From an uncultured Candidatus Saccharibacteria bacterium (lineage in GTDB: Bacteria; Patescibacteriota; Minisyncoccia; Phycocordibacterales; UBA1006): a DNA stretch of 64,000 nucleotides. The stretch is taken from NCBI GenBank assembly GCA_964415895.1, contig CAYQCC010000001.1:17934-81933 (forward strand), written 5' to 3'. The position numbers and the translations under genes are program-made. A model generated the notes under the pieces. The model searched no databases. It had not been told where the DNA came from and saw only the letters and a program-made list of their open reading frames with translations. Every line of letters starts with the position of its first letter. Within the stretch, counting starts at the first letter, position 1. This document shows, in pieces, positions 36,007 through 46,078 of this stretch.

Positions 36007-37848
36007 ATGGGTTATGTAAAGACTTTTTCTCAATTATCTAAAAAAGACGTTGTTAGTGCAGGTGGGAAAGGCGCTTCTTTGAGTGAAATGTTTAATTCTG
36101 GTATTCCTGTGCCAGACGGTTTTGTGATACTTGCCAGTACGTTTGAAGAATTTCTAAAGAACTCGAACTTAACAAGATCAATAAAAGAAATATTAGATTC
36201 TGCCAATAAAAATGACATGATATCAATTGATAGCGCTAGTAATGCACTTCAAGCTTTGATTAAAAGCACATCGATATCGGAGGATGTTATTAAAGAAATA
36301 TATGAGCAGTTTGAAAAGTTGGGTACAGACTTTGCTGCTGTAAGATCAAGTGCAACAGCTGAAGATGGAACAGAGTATGCATGGGCAGGTCAACTGGATA
36401 GTTATTTGAATACTACAAGCGAACAGCTAATTGAGCGAGTAAAAGACTGTTGGGCATCGTTATTTACACCACGTGCAATTTTCTATCGACTTGAGAACGG
36501 TTTATCTGAAACAGATATATCCATTGCTGTTGTGGTGCAAAAGATGGTGAATTCAGAAAAATCTGGAATCGCTTTTTCTGTTCATCCGGTAAGTCAAAAC
36601 AAAGATCATATTATTATCGAGGCAGGTTTTGGGTTAGGTGAAGCTATTGTTTCAGGTGCGATTACGCCAGATAGTTATATTATTCAGAAATCTCACAGAA
36701 GTATTATTGATATTAATGTATCTTCCAAAAAGCGAGCGCTTTATCGAAATCCTACAGGTGGAAATGACTGGATCGATCTTGATTATGTGAAATCTAAATC
36801 ACAAGTGCTAACCGATGATGAAATCTTAAAGCTTGCTGAAATTATCATAACCATTGAAAATCATTATGGCTTTCCGTGTGATATTGAATGGGCATATGAA
36901 GAAGGGAATTTTTATATCGTTCAAAGTCGTCCCATTACTACGCTATCAAAAGATACAGCAGACGATGTTGTTATTACTGAACCTATGAAAGATATGGGAA
37001 AGCGTCGTCCAGATATTCGTCTTGCGTTTTGGAAGATTAGGTGTTGGTCTTTCGAGTGGGAACAGGAGGTTGGAATTGGGTACAAGACAATGGTAATAAA
37101 CTCTGACGGTGAAATATGGGGTGACGAGAAAAGCACTATTGAGATGTATGAACAACTTGATGACAAAGGTGTTGATGTGGCTATGGAGTACATTCAGAAA
37201 ATGGCTGATTTAAACACTGAATTAACAAAGCACGTAGAAACTGATCCGCATGGAACCTATGATGATGGTTTTGTAAAACTGCTTACTTATTTCTTTATTG
37301 TCCGAAGAATTATCGCTAATACTTTCGAAGGTGCAACCGAGGAACAAAAAGAATTTATCGACAAATGGCGTAATTATGACCAAGCATTTTCATCAATGGA
37401 TACATATTTGGAAATAAATCCAGTTGAGAATCCAAAAGGAGATTGGAGCGTGGTATTGCAAAACGGTAAGCTTCAGCAAATTCCAAGGAAAATTAGTTTT
37501 CATGTAGAAAAAGATTTATCTGGCATTCAAGTCTTGAAGGGCTCAATTGGCTATCCAGGAAAAGGAACTGGCTCAGTTCGAGTAATTCAGACACGGGCAG
37601 ACATGGACGCGTTTGAAGAAGGTGAGATTTTAGTGGCAAGTATGACGTTCCCAAGATATTTGCCAATAATTGCCAAATCAGCAGCGTTTGTAACCGACGA
37701 AGGAGGTATTACATCGCATGCCGCTGTTACAGCCCGAGAATTGAAAAAGCCATGTGTTATTGGAACCAAGTTTGCTACACAGGTTTTAAAAACTGGCGAT
37801 ATTGTAGAGGTCGATGCTTTTAATGGAATTGTTAGGAAAATATCATAA
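36007..37848 (+). CDS. PEP-synthase-like phosphotransferase: N-terminal PPDK_N ATP-grasp domain plus C-terminal phosphohistidine swivel domain, no PEP-binding TIM barrel (rifampin-phosphotransferase-like architecture)
   Basis: SAGGKGASLSEM (GGKxAxLxE) at the N-terminus. GGITSHAAVTARELKKPCVIG swivel-domain motif at the C-terminus. Only 613 aa. Confidence 0.6.
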   Translation: MGYVKTFSQLSKKDVVSAGGKGASLSEMFNSGIPVPDGFVILASTFEEFLKNSNLTRSIKEILDSANKNDMISIDSASNALQALIKSTSISEDVIKEIYEQFEKLGTDFAAVRSSATAEDGTEYAWAGQLDSYLNTTSEQLIERVKDCWASLFTPRAIFYRLENGLSETDISIAVVVQKMVNSEKSGIAFSVHPVSQNKDHIIIEAGFGLGEAIVSGAITPDSYIIQKSHRSIIDINVSSKKRALYRNPTGGNDWIDLDYVKSKSQVLTDDEILKLAEIIITIENHYGFPCDIEWAYEEGNFYIVQSRPITTLSKDTADDVVITEPMKDMGKRRPDIRLAFWKIRCWSFEWEQEVGIGYKTMVINSDGEIWGDEKSTIEMYEQLDDKGVDVAMEYIQKMADLNTELTKHVETDPHGTYDDGFVKLLTYFFIVRRIIANTFEGATEEQKEFIDKWRNYDQAFSSMDTYLEINPVENPKGDWSVVLQNGKLQQIPRKISFHVEKDLSGIQVLKGSIGYPGKGTGSVRVIQTRADMDAFEEGEILVASMTFPRYLPIIAKSAAFVTDEGGITSHAAVTARELKKPCVIGTKFATQVLKTGDIVEVDAFNGIVRKIS

Positions 37849-37857
37849 TTGGATTAT

Positions 37858-38955
37858 ATGAATCAAGAAATAGCTGAAAAATTAAAATCTCTAGAATCCA
37901 AATACAGTTATAATCAGGATGAGGTTTATTATTTCAATTCTCATCGTTCTTCAGACCTTGTTTTGTCATTGCAGAATCGGTTTGAAACATTCGATGAATC
38001 AATTATTCCAGAGATCTTTAAAGATTTTGGAGAAGCGGAAAGCTGGACAGTCAATCAAAGTTTTGGAACAGGTCATATTATTATTTTTGTGAGTACAAAA
38101 GATGGAAAGGAATATGTGTTACGTACAAATTATGGAATTGCTGAACCAGAGAAATATATGCAATTTGAAAAGTATTTCGCGCAACAATATGAATCTGTAG
38201 GCATTCCTACCGCAAAAGTGTTGCATAGTGATATTTCTCGCGAAAAATACCCATTTGATTATCAGATCATGGAAAAACTTGGTGGTTATGATTTGAAAAC
38301 TGATCCAGATATTACAGAGGAGCAATATGAAATGATTTCACAAGATCTTGGAAAGGTAGTGGCAAAGCAGTTTTTATTACCCATAAAAGGGTTTGGTCGG
38401 ATCGTTCTTAGGGATAGTATTTATCAAGGAAATTACAATACACACAATGAGTATCTATCGGCGTATGTCGACCATGACCTTGATGTAATGGAATTATTTG
38501 AAATCATTGATCACGAATCAAATATAATGATATTAAATTTTTTCAAATCTGAAGACATAAAAAATCTCTTTGTAAGTACATCATCATATCTAGTACATCA
38601 CGATTTAGCTGATCATAACATTCGAGTAAAGAATGGAAAGCTATTAGCAATTTATGATTGGGAAAATGTCGTGGCGTTTGATCCACTTTCAGAGCTAGGC
38701 TCAATTCCTACGTGGCTATCGCGCTATCCGAGAGCCCCAGGAATGATAATAGGCTTCTTGGAATCTTATGGTCATATGCCTGAAAACTTCGAATTGAAAC
38801 TGTCAGTCTATAAATTGCGTACTATGTTATGGAAGGCTAATCTAGCTTTAAAAGGTGAAAAGTTGTCACATCGGCATATTGATTACCTACGACAAGCATT
38901 ACAAGAATGTGGCTTGGATATAATAATTAATTCTGATCATTTAACATTGAAATAA
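37858..38955 (+). CDS. protein-kinase-like (APH / choline-kinase family) phosphotransferase
   Basis: Brenner motif HHDLADHN (HxDxxxxN) and IYDWE (D-x-E metal-binding loop). The track ORF begins at TTG 37849; the ATG is at 37858. Confidence 0.55.
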   Translation: MNQEIAEKLKSLESKYSYNQDEVYYFNSHRSSDLVLSLQNRFETFDESIIPEIFKDFGEAESWTVNQSFGTGHIIIFVSTKDGKEYVLRTNYGIAEPEKYMQFEKYFAQQYESVGIPTAKVLHSDISREKYPFDYQIMEKLGGYDLKTDPDITEEQYEMISQDLGKVVAKQFLLPIKGFGRIVLRDSIYQGNYNTHNEYLSAYVDHDLDVMELFEIIDHESNIMILNFFKSEDIKNLFVSTSSYLVHHDLADHNIRVKNGKLLAIYDWENVVAFDPLSELGSIPTWLSRYPRAPGMIIGFLESYGHMPENFELKLSVYKLRTMLWKANLALKGEKLSHRHIDYLRQALQECGLDIIINSDHLTLK

Positions 38956-38956
38956 T

Positions 38957-38984
38957 AAAAATACCTTATTAATAAGGTATTTTT
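38957..38984. terminator. 28-nt perfect palindrome terminator AAAAAUACCUUAUU|AAUAAGGUAUUUUU
   Basis: Perfect dyad flanked by A-run and T-run. Confidence 0.6.
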
Positions 38985-39018
38985 ATTATTTCTCGGAATC
39001 TGTTAAAATGGCTGTATT

Positions 39019-39954
39019 ATGAAATCAATACTTATAACTGACTCATTATTTATCTTTCCAGAACACGAACAGAAATTGCGCGACGCGGGTTTTGAACTGA
39101 CTCGACTAGACAAACCAGAAGCAACCGAGGAAGAGTTGATAGAGGCTGTGAAAGGAAAGCATGGGTATATTTTAGGCGGAGTTGAAAAAGTGACCGAAAA
39201 AATCATTGAGGCGGGAGATATGCTCGAAGTAATTTCATTTACTGGGATTGACTATAAGGCTTTTGTTCCAGGTTGGAAATATGCTACGGAAAAAGGAATT
39301 ACTATTACTAACACGCCTGATGCGGCTGCGCACGCGGTTTCCGAATGGGCAGTGACAGTTGCGCTTTGTATGAATCGAGGTGTTTTTGATATCGGAAGGA
39401 CAGGGCAAAAGGATTTTATGACCACACCAGGTCTTGAGAATCTCAAAATTGGTATTATTGGGCTCGGTCGAATAGGTAGGAATATTATTAAAAAACTTGA
39501 AGCATTTGATACTGCAGATATTACATATTATAACAGAAGTCGTCATCAAGAATTTGAAAAAGAGTATAACATTTCTTATATGCCTTTAGACGACGTAATG
39601 AAGGAAAGTGACGTATTATTTCTCTGTGTTCCGGAACAAGCAGGTATCAATTTTATAGGCGCAAGGGAATTATCTTTAATGAAGTCGGGAGCATTACTTG
39701 TCAGTTCGTCTCATTCTGGGCTTATTGATGAAGACGCCTTATTACCTAAGCTTCAAAGTGGCAAGATACGTGTTGCTGTCGATTTCCCGCTGAAACAAAA
39801 TGGCTACAGCGACCTTCCTTTGAGCGTTGCTTATTTCTCGAATGGTCAGAATGCGTTTAATACAAATGCTGGTATTAGGCGAGCAAGCGATACTGTCACA
39901 GAATCAATGATTAATTTATTGAATGGAAAATCTGATCAGTATAAGGCAAACTAA
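39019..39954 (+). CDS. D-isomer-specific 2-hydroxyacid dehydrogenase family protein
   Basis: NAD-binding IGIIGLGRIGRNI and the overall length. Confidence 0.65.
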   Translation: MKSILITDSLFIFPEHEQKLRDAGFELTRLDKPEATEEELIEAVKGKHGYILGGVEKVTEKIIEAGDMLEVISFTGIDYKAFVPGWKYATEKGITITNTPDAAAHAVSEWAVTVALCMNRGVFDIGRTGQKDFMTTPGLENLKIGIIGLGRIGRNIIKKLEAFDTADITYYNRSRHQEFEKEYNISYMPLDDVMKESDVLFLCVPEQAGINFIGARELSLMKSGALLVSSSHSGLIDEDALLPKLQSGKIRVAVDFPLKQNGYSDLPLSVAYFSNGQNAFNTNAGIRRASDTVTESMINLLNGKSDQYKAN

Positions 39955-39956
39955 TT

Positions 39957-40517
39957 ATGAAAAAAGTATTTATGATTCATGGACTGGAAGGTAGTCCAAA
40001 CGGTGGATGGCGACCGTGGTTGATGGCAGAACTTGAAAAGCATAATATCTACGCATGTTCACTGTTCATGCCAAAGCCAAATCAGCCAGCGTTGTCTGAA
40101 TGGTTGGAAGAACTGCATCGTGTCGTGGAATCAAATCCTGATGATGAATTGTACCTAGTAGGTCATAGTTTAGGTGGTACGTTGTTGTTACGATATCTTG
40201 AAAATTATGACAGTAAAAACATAAAAGGAATTGTCACCGTGTCTGCTGTTGCTCATAAGGCAAAGACGGAAAAGCTAGGAGGATTTATCAATGATGATTT
40301 TGATCTCAAGACTATAGCTTCCCGTGTTCCAAGCATTGTTGCTATTCATGGGGATAATGATGAATTTGTGAGCGTCTCGGACGCAGAAGCGATCGAAAGA
40401 GAGGCAGGTGGAAAATTGATTATCATTCCAAATGGTGGACATCTGAATGGTTCTGCAGGATTTTTCCAACTACCAGAATTACTTGATTCACTTCTTGAAA
40501 TGATGAAGATAAAATAA
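39957..40517 (+). CDS. alpha/beta-hydrolase, RBBP9/YdeN-like serine hydrolase
   Basis: MIHGLEGSPNGGW and nucleophile elbow GHSLGG. Length 186 aa. Confidence 0.55.
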   Translation: MKKVFMIHGLEGSPNGGWRPWLMAELEKHNIYACSLFMPKPNQPALSEWLEELHRVVESNPDDELYLVGHSLGGTLLLRYLENYDSKNIKGIVTVSAVAHKAKTEKLGGFINDDFDLKTIASRVPSIVAIHGDNDEFVSVSDAEAIEREAGGKLIIIPNGGHLNGSAGFFQLPELLDSLLEMMKIK

Positions 40518-40537
40518 AAAAGCCTTATGGCTTTTTT
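40516..40537. terminator. bidirectional terminator AAAAAAGCC-UUAU-GGCUUUUUU
   Basis: Perfect stem between convergent genes. Confidence 0.65.
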
Positions 40538-40928
40538 ATTTGGCTGGAATTATTTCCTCAATCATTTTATTTTCATTTTCATCGTAGTAGGTGCAGGTCA
40601 TAGTATCCGTATCAACAGTCCATTTTACAACACCTGTTTGGGCAGCATGTTTACAGAATGTCATGTAGTCGGTTTCGCCGCATTGATGTGCTTCTAAATC
40701 ATCTTTGAATTGTTCCGTATTACTTACATTGCTTATGTTTAGTGCCTCGTATTTTGGTTCTGATTGGATACGATAATCATTCAATCCAACGTATTCAGCG
40801 TGACCATCGGTTACGTATATATCATATGATCTAACTCCAAGTTTGATAATATCCTGCACATAAGCAGGGAAGTCCACACCACTTTTTACATGTGAATGTG
40901 CTTCCTGGATTTGTTCGAGTGTAAACAT
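40536..40928 (-). CDS. hypothetical protein (130 aa, Cys-containing)
   Basis: ORF only. Apparently co-transcribed with the P-type ATPase. Confidence 0.4.
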   Translation of the reverse strand: MFTLEQIQEAHSHVKSGVDFPAYVQDIIKLGVRSYDIYVTDGHAEYVGLNDYRIQSEPKYEALNISNVSNTEQFKDDLEAHQCGETDYMTFCKHAAQTGVVKWTVDTDTMTCTYYDENENKMIEEIIPAK

Positions 40929-40931
40929 AAT

Positions 40932-43334
40932 TTATGCTCGTCTATTCACGAGTTTATATAATTCGTCTGCAATAATGATTACAAGTGATAATACTATTGC
41001 AAGAATAATAAGGTTGTGACCAATTGGGACTGTTTCTAATAATTTATTTCCAACACCGGTAAAGATACTCAGACCTACCAACAAAACTTCAAATACAAGG
41101 ATTCCAGTAATTGATAGGTTGTTAAAAATGTTAAACGTAAATACTGATTGTGTATGTTTTCGTGAATTAATTGCATTAAACCATTGGAATGCAGACACAA
41201 TAACCAACATAAATGTTCGTGCAATTTCAAGTACAACCGTTTTGATAATCACCACGAATGCGACAAGCGATACAATTGACATAGTTAGTGCCATTATCAA
41301 CATGCGAACAATATCATATCTGTTAAGGATATTTCCTCGATAACGTTTATGATTATATTTTTTGAAATTAATCTCTGATCGTTCGCTAGCAATTCCAATA
41401 TTCAAAAATCCATCGATGATTAAGTTGAGCCACAAGATCTGAACAGGCAATAGTGGTAATGGTAGTCCAAGGATTACTGATCCACCAACGATGATCATTT
41501 CGCCTAATGATGTTGAAAGTAGGAATATCAACGTCTTTTTAATATTTTCAACGATCGTTCGTGCTTCAAAAATACCATCACGAATATTTGAAAAACTGTC
41601 GGTTACTAATATAAAGTCAGCAGCTTCTTTTGCAACTTCTGTACCAGTTTTACCCATAGCAATTCCAATATCTGCAAGTGCAATAGATGGTCCATCGTTT
41701 ACACCATCTCCAGTCATTGCAACGATTTCGCCTTTGGATTGTAGGATTCTTACGACGCGCAATTTATCCAATGGATCCGCTCGTGCAATAACTTTAATGC
41801 GATGAATAATACTTGATAAATAGTCATCAGAATATGTTTTTAACTCAGTGCCTGTAACATACAGTTCTGTTTCGATGTTTTCGAGGATTCCAACCGTTTT
41901 TGCTACATGTTTTGCCGTATTGATATTATCTCCCGTAATCATCATTACGGTGACTCCAGCTGCCTTACAATCGGTTATAGCGGCTGCTACATCGGTTCTG
42001 ATCGCGTCTTCAAATATCACTAATGCAATTGGTTCGACATTGGTCAAATCAAAATCTGTATTAATGGACACATTCTTTTTTGCGATACAGATAACGCGGA
42101 ATCCTTCGTTTACATATTTTTCAAACAGCGAATGATCAGTCAAGAATAATTCAGGTGCGCCTTTGAAGATCTGCACATGCTGTCCATCAATAACATATTC
42201 TTTTGCATTGTATTTATTCTCGCTTGTAAATGGTAATTCCTTTGTTTCTTTCCAGGTCAGGTCTGTCGTGATATGTGCATCAATTTTCAAATCCAGAACA
42301 TCGCCGATTTTATCTTTTCCAATTTTCTTTATGTCCAAACTATGTGCGATCAAATCATTCAATTCTTCCTTACCAAGCTTGTTCAGGTTGATAACTTCTT
42401 TCACGGTGATATCTCCATGTGTTAGCGTTCCAGTTTTATCAGTACAAATATACGATACGGTTGCAAGTGTTGCGCCTGACGGTAGGTTTTTCAACAATCC
42501 TTTTACCTTGCTAATGCGCCATGCACCGATTGCAAGCACTACTGTGATTACCATAGGAAGACCTTCCGGAATCGCCGATACAGCAAGCGATATTGCAACC
42601 TTAAAAATCGTCACAATATTCATTCCTCGAATCAGTCCAACAAGGAAAATAATAATCACTGCAACCAATACAAAGTATAAAATGTATTTCGTTAGTTGAT
42701 CTAATTTCTTTTCAAGGATTGTTTTATTCTCTATATTATCCAAGATGTCCTTGCTCAGCTCACCAATCATTGTATCTTTCCCGATCGATGTAACTTTAAA
42801 TATTCCAGTTCCTGAAACGACTACAGTTGAACGAAACACTTTTGTCGAAGACTCGCTTTTTGCAACTGGCATAGATTCACCGTTAATTTTACTTTCATTG
42901 ATCTGCAAATTACTCCACTGAACCAGTTCACCGTCTGCAGGAACAATATTTCCAGGTGATAGAAATACATAATCATCAATCGTTACCATATCAAGTGGTA
43001 GTTCATGTAAATTTCCATCACGAATGACGGTTGTTTTTGCCTTTGAAAGATTTTTCAACGATTCCAGAATATTATTAGCTTTTCGAGTTTGGATCGTTCC
43101 AATGATGGCATTCATAACAACCACCAATAAAATTACAAGTGAATCAGAATAGTCATGCAGGAAAAACGTAACAGCTGCCACAACTAATAAAATATAAATC
43201 ATTGGACTTTTTAGTTGTTTAAACAAGGAAATCAATAGTGTGTCTTGTTTTTTCTCGGGCAAGATATTTAATCCATATTTTTGGATATTAAGTTCAGCTT
43301 GAGCTTGTGTAAGACCGGTAAATTCATGTTGCAT
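40932..43334 (-). CDS. cation-transporting P-type ATPase (P2-like)
   Basis: ICTDKTGTLT, MITGDN and GDGVNDGPSIALADIGIAMG motifs. Ten transmembrane segments. Confidence 0.85.
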   Translation of the reverse strand: MQHEFTGLTQAQAELNIQKYGLNILPEKKQDTLLISLFKQLKSPMIYILLVVAAVTFFLHDYSDSLVILLVVVMNAIIGTIQTRKANNILESLKNLSKAKTTVIRDGNLHELPLDMVTIDDYVFLSPGNIVPADGELVQWSNLQINESKINGESMPVAKSESSTKVFRSTVVVSGTGIFKVTSIGKDTMIGELSKDILDNIENKTILEKKLDQLTKYILYFVLVAVIIIFLVGLIRGMNIVTIFKVAISLAVSAIPEGLPMVITVVLAIGAWRISKVKGLLKNLPSGATLATVSYICTDKTGTLTHGDITVKEVINLNKLGKEELNDLIAHSLDIKKIGKDKIGDVLDLKIDAHITTDLTWKETKELPFTSENKYNAKEYVIDGQHVQIFKGAPELFLTDHSLFEKYVNEGFRVICIAKKNVSINTDFDLTNVEPIALVIFEDAIRTDVAAAITDCKAAGVTVMMITGDNINTAKHVAKTVGILENIETELYVTGTELKTYSDDYLSSIIHRIKVIARADPLDKLRVVRILQSKGEIVAMTGDGVNDGPSIALADIGIAMGKTGTEVAKEAADFILVTDSFSNIRDGIFEARTIVENIKKTLIFLLSTSLGEMIIVGGSVILGLPLPLLPVQILWLNLIIDGFLNIGIASERSEINFKKYNHKRYRGNILNRYDIVRMLIMALTMSIVSLVAFVVIIKTVVLEIARTFMLVIVSAFQWFNAINSRKHTQSVFTFNIFNNLSITGILVFEVLLVGLSIFTGVGNKLLETVPIGHNLIILAIVLSLVIIIADELYKLVNRRA

Positions 43335-43362
43335 AGACCATTATTTTAACATAAAACCGCCA

Positions 43363-44082
43363 TTATTTGACGGTTTTCTTGTTCAGTACATGTTGTTCCA
43401 AAATAGGAAGCAGGAATATGGCAACGGATAATACCGAGAAAATAATATCCGTCGTTTCTGTTTCCAGTGCTACACAAACTGGATTGTGCAAGAAACTGCA
43501 ACCTGTTGTAACTAATAGCTTTAGCCCAAGTAATCCAATAACCAAAAATGCAGCAGATTCAAGTCGTGGATATTTCTTCATTAGTCCAACAAAACGTTGT
43601 GCAACAAATCGCATAGCAAGTATTCCAATTCCGACACCTACCATAATCAACCAAACCTTGTCAGTTAACGCGACAGCAGCAAAAATATTATCGATCGAGA
43701 ACGTAACATCCAATAATTCAACCGCAACAATCGTTGCCCACAACGCGCCAATATACGGAGTCAGTTTTCCAATTAATCCACGATCTGATGCAATAACGTC
43801 ACCGTCTTGTGGTGAATCAGACTTGAAATAATCAAACGCGAGCCAAACCAAGTATGCTCCACCAATAACTTTCAGCCACCAGATATGGATCAGCCATGCT
43901 GCGAATAATAAACAGAGTCCACGGAATACGTACGCACCAATAATTCCATAGCGCAGCGCTTTGGCTTGCTGTTTTTCAGGAAGAGGTGCAACTAAAATCG
44001 CAAGTACTACTGCGTTGTCGATTGAAAGTAATGTTTCGAGTAATAAAAGTGTCAGTATAACTGATAAGTCCTGCCAGATCAT
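43363..44082 (-). CDS. TerC family integral membrane protein
   Basis: LSIDNAVVLAILV and SIDNIFAAVAL repeats are typical of the TerC/Alx family. Confidence 0.7.
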   Translation of the reverse strand: MIWQDLSVILTLLLLETLLSIDNAVVLAILVAPLPEKQQAKALRYGIIGAYVFRGLCLLFAAWLIHIWWLKVIGGAYLVWLAFDYFKSDSPQDGDVIASDRGLIGKLTPYIGALWATIVAVELLDVTFSIDNIFAAVALTDKVWLIMVGVGIGILAMRFVAQRFVGLMKKYPRLESAAFLVIGLLGLKLLVTTGCSFLHNPVCVALETETTDIIFSVLSVAIFLLPILEQHVLNKKTVK

Positions 44083-44146
44083 AAGAGTATCAGTATAAAT
44101 GAAAAGGGAAGTATTTCAAAGTAGTAATCTATGATAACATATTCGT

Positions 44147-44692
44147 ATGTCACTAAAAGTCACTTATTTTGTTCACGGAACGACAACTGATAATGAGAAT
44201 AACATTTCATCAGGGTGGTCAGATGTAGAATTATCAGAACTTGGAATAAAGCAATCGCAGGAGCTTGCCGCGCTAACCGCAGACAAGTATTTTGACGTTG
44301 TTTTCACGTCTGACCTAAAACGCGCCTTTGATTCTGCAAAGATTACTTGGGGTGACACATATGAAATAATTCATGACGCAAGACTTCGCGAATGTAATTA
44401 CGGAGATTTAAATGGAATGTCTTCAGATATTGTCGAACCATTACAAGAGCAATCAATCGAAATTCCGATGCCAAATGGCGAAAGTTATGAAATGGTAAAG
44501 GAAAGAATTGCAGACTTCTTGGAATACTTGAAGCAGAATTATGAAGGAAAACACGTGGCGATTGTCGCGCATAAGGCGCCTCAGCTTGCTCTTGATGTGC
44601 TATTGAAAAAAATGACTTGGGATGAAGCTTTTGCAAGCGATTGGAGGAAGACGAAAGAGTGGAAGCCAGGCTGGGAGTATATTATTGAATAA
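44147..44692 (+). CDS. histidine phosphatase superfamily protein (phosphoglycerate-mutase-like), with non-canonical VHG in place of RHG
   Basis: KVTYFVHGTTTDN...GWSDVELSELG pattern. Confidence 0.5.
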   Translation: MSLKVTYFVHGTTTDNENNISSGWSDVELSELGIKQSQELAALTADKYFDVVFTSDLKRAFDSAKITWGDTYEIIHDARLRECNYGDLNGMSSDIVEPLQEQSIEIPMPNGESYEMVKERIADFLEYLKQNYEGKHVAIVAHKAPQLALDVLLKKMTWDEAFASDWRKTKEWKPGWEYIIE

Positions 44693-44704
44693 GTAATAAA
44701 AATT

Positions 44705-45355
44705 ATGACATACGAAGAAATAATTGCGCTTATAGCTGAAAGCAGACCGTCAGCAATTTACATATCCGGAAAGACGAGTACGGGCAAAAGCACGCTGGCT
44801 AACCAGATTGCAGCTACGCTGGATTATGCGCATATTGAGTTTGACGAAATTGTTATCGAATCGATCATCAAGCCATTCAGCGTGCCAGAACATGATCATT
44901 CAAAGGCATTCATTTCCGCATATCGGGATTCGGAATCTTCGGAGCAAAGAAATGCCTTCATAAGGTCAGCAAAGGAGAAAGTAGGCCAGCTGCATAAGGA
45001 AAAGAATATCGTATCAGAAGGCGCGATTGCGAATCCAGGTATGCTTAAGCAGATATTCGATTCAATCGCTGATTTCATGTTCGTCTATATCCACCCTGTC
45101 AATTTGGATGTGTATGAGCAGCGTCTGACTGAAAGGTTCATGAAAGGAGCAGGGCAGGGGAATGCCGGACTTCCCAAGGCATTTTGGGACCTGGTCGATG
45201 ATAAAAGCCTGAGCGATTTCAGGCAGTCGAAAAGCATGAACCCAGATATCATTTATGCGCTGCATCAATTTGCAATCAGCTCACAGCTTGAATCAGGCGA
45301 AAGATTGAATGACATGAAAAAGGAATTTCAGGATATATGCCTGGTTGAAATATAG
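44705..45355 (+). CDS. P-loop NTPase / small-molecule-kinase-like protein
   Basis: Walker A GKTSTGKST. Confidence 0.45.
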   Translation: MTYEEIIALIAESRPSAIYISGKTSTGKSTLANQIAATLDYAHIEFDEIVIESIIKPFSVPEHDHSKAFISAYRDSESSEQRNAFIRSAKEKVGQLHKEKNIVSEGAIANPGMLKQIFDSIADFMFVYIHPVNLDVYEQRLTERFMKGAGQGNAGLPKAFWDLVDDKSLSDFRQSKSMNPDIIYALHQFAISSQLESGERLNDMKKEFQDICLVEI

Positions 45356-45361
45356 AGACAT

Positions 45362-45411
45362 CAGTATGATATGAAAAACCTCTCAATCGAGAGGTTTTTC
45401 ATATCATACTG
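45362..45411. terminator. 23-bp perfect-stem hairpin (loop AAUC) acting as a convergent terminator; overlaps the NUDIX stop codon
   Basis: rc(45362-45384) = 45389-45411 exactly. Core AAAAACCUCUC/GAGAGGUUUUU. Confidence 0.6.
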
Positions 45412-45958
45412 TATCTTCTCGCGCATGTTGGAAATCAACAGAAGTATTTTTGAGAATTTTCAACGTAAAATGTGAGCGATCATCCTTTAGGTTATCTGCC
45501 GGATTTGCAAGTCCTTCTAGTTTTTTAATCAATTCTTCCATTGTTACCCAAACAAGTTTTGAACCTTGCTCATAATCTTCTGTCGATTGAGGAATCTGAG
45601 GTTCGCCATGAAGCCTGGCTGTACAAAGAATGCTCTGAAAACATTTCATTGTTGAATTGTCGTATGAACCAAAACTTCCAATAGGTTCGATGTCCTGGAT
45701 AGTACAACCTATTTCTTCTTTTATTTCGCGTATAAGTCCTTCTTCCCATTCTTCTCCTTCATTAACACCTCCGCCAGGCAAAGGGTATATACGACCAATA
45801 TCTTCTCGAAAGTTAATAGATGCGACTTTTTTATCATCATTGAAAATCAAAACATAAATTGATGGTCTACTGAAATAGCTTTCTTTATCGCCTTTTAAAA
45901 TAAAGCCAAAATCTTCTGCTTCAAAGTGGTTAGCTGAAAATGGATAAGTTATTTTCAT
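45404..45958 (-). CDS. NUDIX hydrolase
   Basis: Nudix box GGGVNEGEEWEEGLIREIKEEIG. Confidence 0.8.
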   Translation of the reverse strand: MKITYPFSANHFEAEDFGFILKGDKESYFSRPSIYVLIFNDDKKVASINFREDIGRIYPLPGGGVNEGEEWEEGLIREIKEEIGCTIQDIEPIGSFGSYDNSTMKCFQSILCTARLHGEPQIPQSTEDYEQGSKLVWVTMEELIKKLEGLANPADNLKDDRSHFTLKILKNTSVDFQHAREDTV

Positions 45959-46078
45959 CTTTTTATTATATCACTTATTTAACTTTTCTTGGCTAGCATA
46001 ATTTTGTGAGCCTTCTCGAGATAGAACCTTTTGGTTCATTATCCTGTAAGGTTGTTTAAGACTTTTCAGTACATCATT

